Positions 62,346-64,000 of a stretch of 64,000 nt of DNA are shown here, piece by piece (within the stretch, counting starts at the first letter, position 1; each line of letters starts with the position of its first letter). The translations under genes and the position numbers were made by a program. Source of the DNA: an uncultured Actinomycetes bacterium (GTDB lineage: Bacteria; Actinomycetota; Coriobacteriia; Coriobacteriales; Atopobiaceae); NCBI GenBank assembly GCA_900313905.1, contig OMTG01000021.1, positions 28,017 to 92,016 of the forward strand, given 5' to 3'. The notes under the pieces are model-generated. The model worked only from the letters and a program-made list of their open reading frames with translations, searched no databases and was not told the origin of the DNA.

Positions 62346-64000
62346 CTAGCCGAAGAGCCCCTTGAAGAACGCCACGATCTGGTCCCACCAGCTGGTGGAT
62401 TCCTGGCTTCCGCTCTCAGAGGATGCTGCAGCTTCCTGCGTGCCTGCCTCATCTGTCGATGCGGCAGAGGATGAGGAGCCATCGCCCATCTCGAACGAGG
62501 TCTGGGTGCCGAATGCCTCGTCGTACGCAGAGCGGTCTGCCGTCTGCGCGAGCGTGCCTTCCTCGGAGCTATCGTAGTCGGTGCTGTAGGTCCCCTCGAC
62601 CGTGACGGTCACATCCGAGTCGCCGTCCCTGAGCACATTGCCCGAGGCGTCGACGATCTTCACATCCTTGCCGTCCTGGTCCTGGACCTTGCCGCCTTCT
62701 GCAACCGTGAGGTTCGAGAGGGTGCAGCCGCCCGTGACCGTCCAAGTGGACGTGCCATCGACCGCAACCGAAAGCGGGCTCTCCGTCGTCTGCGTGGCAT
62801 CGGCATTCTCTGCGATCTCGGTCGTGCCCGACCATGTGGTGCCATCGGTCAGATAGACCGAGGCCTGGCTGATCGTATCGGCAGAGATCGTGCCGGAAAG
62901 ATCCTCGCCGATGCAGGTGAGCTTCACCGTGGCGCCATTCGAGCCTGCAGAGCCCCAGTTGTTGGAATCATTGCCAGCCGCCATCAGGAGGTCGGCATTG
63001 TCAGAGTCGAAATCGAGCGTCGTGTGGGAGAGCACGATGTCAGCCGAGGTGTTCGTGAGATAGAAGAAGGAGCCCGATGTGATGGAGCTCGAGAGCGTCG
63101 AGTTCGCTGCCTGGAAGGTGGCCGACTCCCCCGTCGTCGATTCCGCATCGCCTGAGGTCGACTGGTAGATGATCACGGCATCTGCCACAGGATCCGATGC
63201 GGTCTTGTCGGTGTTCGTGCTCGTGAGGCTGGAATTGTTGATGAGGATGGTGTTGAGGCCTTCCATGCCGGCAATCTGGCTGCCGGTCGAGGTGCCGCTC
63301 ACGCCGGAGACCTCGATATCGCCCGTCGAGTAGAGAAGCGGCGAGCCGGAACCGGCCGTCTGAAGCGAGGAGTCCGTGACCGATATGGTGCCGCCGCCAC
63401 GGTCAGTGGCCAGCGCTGCACAGTGGTCCCCCTTGGTCTCTATCGTCATTCCTCCCGCCAAGATGCTCCCTCCGTAGGTCGCATCGAGGCCACGCGAGTT
63501 GCCGGCCGTCGTCGAGATCGTGGTGTCCTTCGCGAGCACCTGGGCCCCATCGGTCGCGAAGATGCCGTTCGAGCCTTCGCTCGTGGCAGAGAGCGACGAG
63601 TTCTGCACCGTGGCCGTCGAGCCAGAGCCGACTGCGAGCAGGATCGAGTTCACGCCGTAGAAGTTGCAGGCATCCCCGTCCGTATCGTCTCCTGATTTCG
63701 TGAGCGTCGCCCCATCGAGCGCCAGGGCGCCGCCTGCCTCCACGAGCGCCGCATTCTCGGCAGATGTAGTGGAGGAGATGCTGTCAGAGGAGCTCGTCTC
63801 TTCCCCATTGGCCGTGAGTGCGCCAGAGAGCGTCCCCGAATAGTCGTATGTCATCGTATCGGCACCGCCACCGCCAGCTCCAAGGGCGCCTCCCATGCTG
63901 GAGCCTCCTGCCTGTCCATCAGGCGGAGCCGCCGGAGCCGACTGGGAAGAAGCTGCCGGAGCCCCTTCGGCGATGGCGCAGATCGGGGTGCCCGAGAGCA
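62346..64000 (-). CDS. secreted parallel beta-helix / carbohydrate-binding-domain-like protein (Cthe_2159-like), 5' end outside the window
   Basis: The reading frame stays open upstream of the first ATG (63896) to the window edge (…LSGTPICAIAEGAPAASSQS…). Repetitive S/T/G/N-rich beta-strand repeats (TISVTDSSLQTAGSGSPLLYSTGDIEVSG and similar) and a Ser/Glu-rich C-terminus. Confidence 0.78.
   Translation of the reverse strand, partial: LSGTPICAIAEGAPAASSQSAPAAPPDGQAGGSSMGGALGAGGGGADTMTYDYSGTLSGALTANGEETSSSDSISSTTSAENAALVEAGGALALDGATLTKSGDDTDGDACNFYGVNSILLAVGSGSTATVQNSSLSATSEGSNGIFATDGAQVLAKDTTISTTAGNSRGLDATYGGSILAGGMTIETKGDHCAALATDRGGGTISVTDSSLQTAGSGSPLLYSTGDIEVSGVSGTSTGSQIAGMEGLNTILINNSSLTSTNTDKTASDPVADAVIIYQSTSGDAESTTGESATFQAANSTLSSSITSGSFFYLTNTSADIVLSHTTLDFDSDNADLLMAAGNDSNNWGSAGSNGATVKLTCIGEDLSGTISADTISQASVYLTDGTTWSGTTEIAENADATQTTESPLSVAVDGTSTWTVTGGCTLSNLTVAEGGKVQDQDGKDVKIVDASGNVLRDGDSDVTVTVEGTYSTDYDSSEEGTLAQTADRSAYDEAFGTQTSFEMGDGSSSSAASTDEAGTQEAAASSESGSQESTSWWDQIVAFFKGLFG

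Noticed and set aside
1-64000. A search by eye for mobile elements, prophage genes, integrases, tRNA/rRNA genes, toxin-antitoxin pairs and known defence systems.
   Set aside because: No transposase, integrase or recombinase motifs were recognised. I also saw no tRNA T-arm (GGTTCGAATCC-like with a flanking acceptor stem) and no rRNA-like segments. The only compositional anomaly noticed is the 54.4-57.5 kb segment reported above.

Overview
High-GC (about 65% in hand-counted housekeeping stretches) actinobacterial-type chromosome segment. Gene content (desulfoferrodoxin, GatCAB, SUF Fe-S system, acetylase-branch DAP/lysine pathway, AddAB) suggests an anaerobic Coriobacteriia-like organism; this is inference only. 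There are no rRNA or tRNA genes, CRISPR arrays, transposases or integrases. Positions 3-23421 form an almost gap-free minus-strand block rich in DNA replication and repair genes: yerC-like, addB, addA, dnaE, desulfoferrodoxin, a degenerate nadE-like gene, ruvCAB, a PPP phosphatase, hypoxanthine-DNA glycosylase, an SGNH-GNAT fusion, a dGTPase-like HD protein, rarA and a DUF948 gene. The middle of the window is housekeeping. It holds a DUF360 membrane protein, an Mbeg1-like hydrolase, an Fe-alcohol dehydrogenase, dapB-dapA behind a clear lysine riboswitch, MarR plus an M20 peptidase, gatCAB, and sufCBDSU plus Rrf2. It continues with a CwlO-like NlpC/P60 hydrolase, class II FBP aldolase, a mucin-like Ser/Thr-rich membrane protein, an M18 aminopeptidase, and a second lysine cluster (lysA-dapH, a dapL-like deacetylase, an aminotransferase). 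A clear TPP riboswitch controls a ykoF-like plus ThiXYZ-type ABC operon. From about 54.4 kb onward the region looks accessory. It starts with a ~750-bp structured non-coding gap carrying a tandem repeat and palindromes. Next comes a visibly lower-GC orphan gene for a 763-aa multi-pass membrane protein with Rossmann-like modules and an RyR-like C-terminus, which is the best candidate for something undescribed. After it come a YfbR-like HD hydrolase, AlaX, DUF1810, a small CDC-x2-C protein, an alpha/beta hydrolase, an ArsD-like protein that has lost the canonical Cys triad but gained a Cys/Gly tail, and a partial secreted beta-helix protein. The many long antisense ORFs in the track are GC-driven shadow ORFs.
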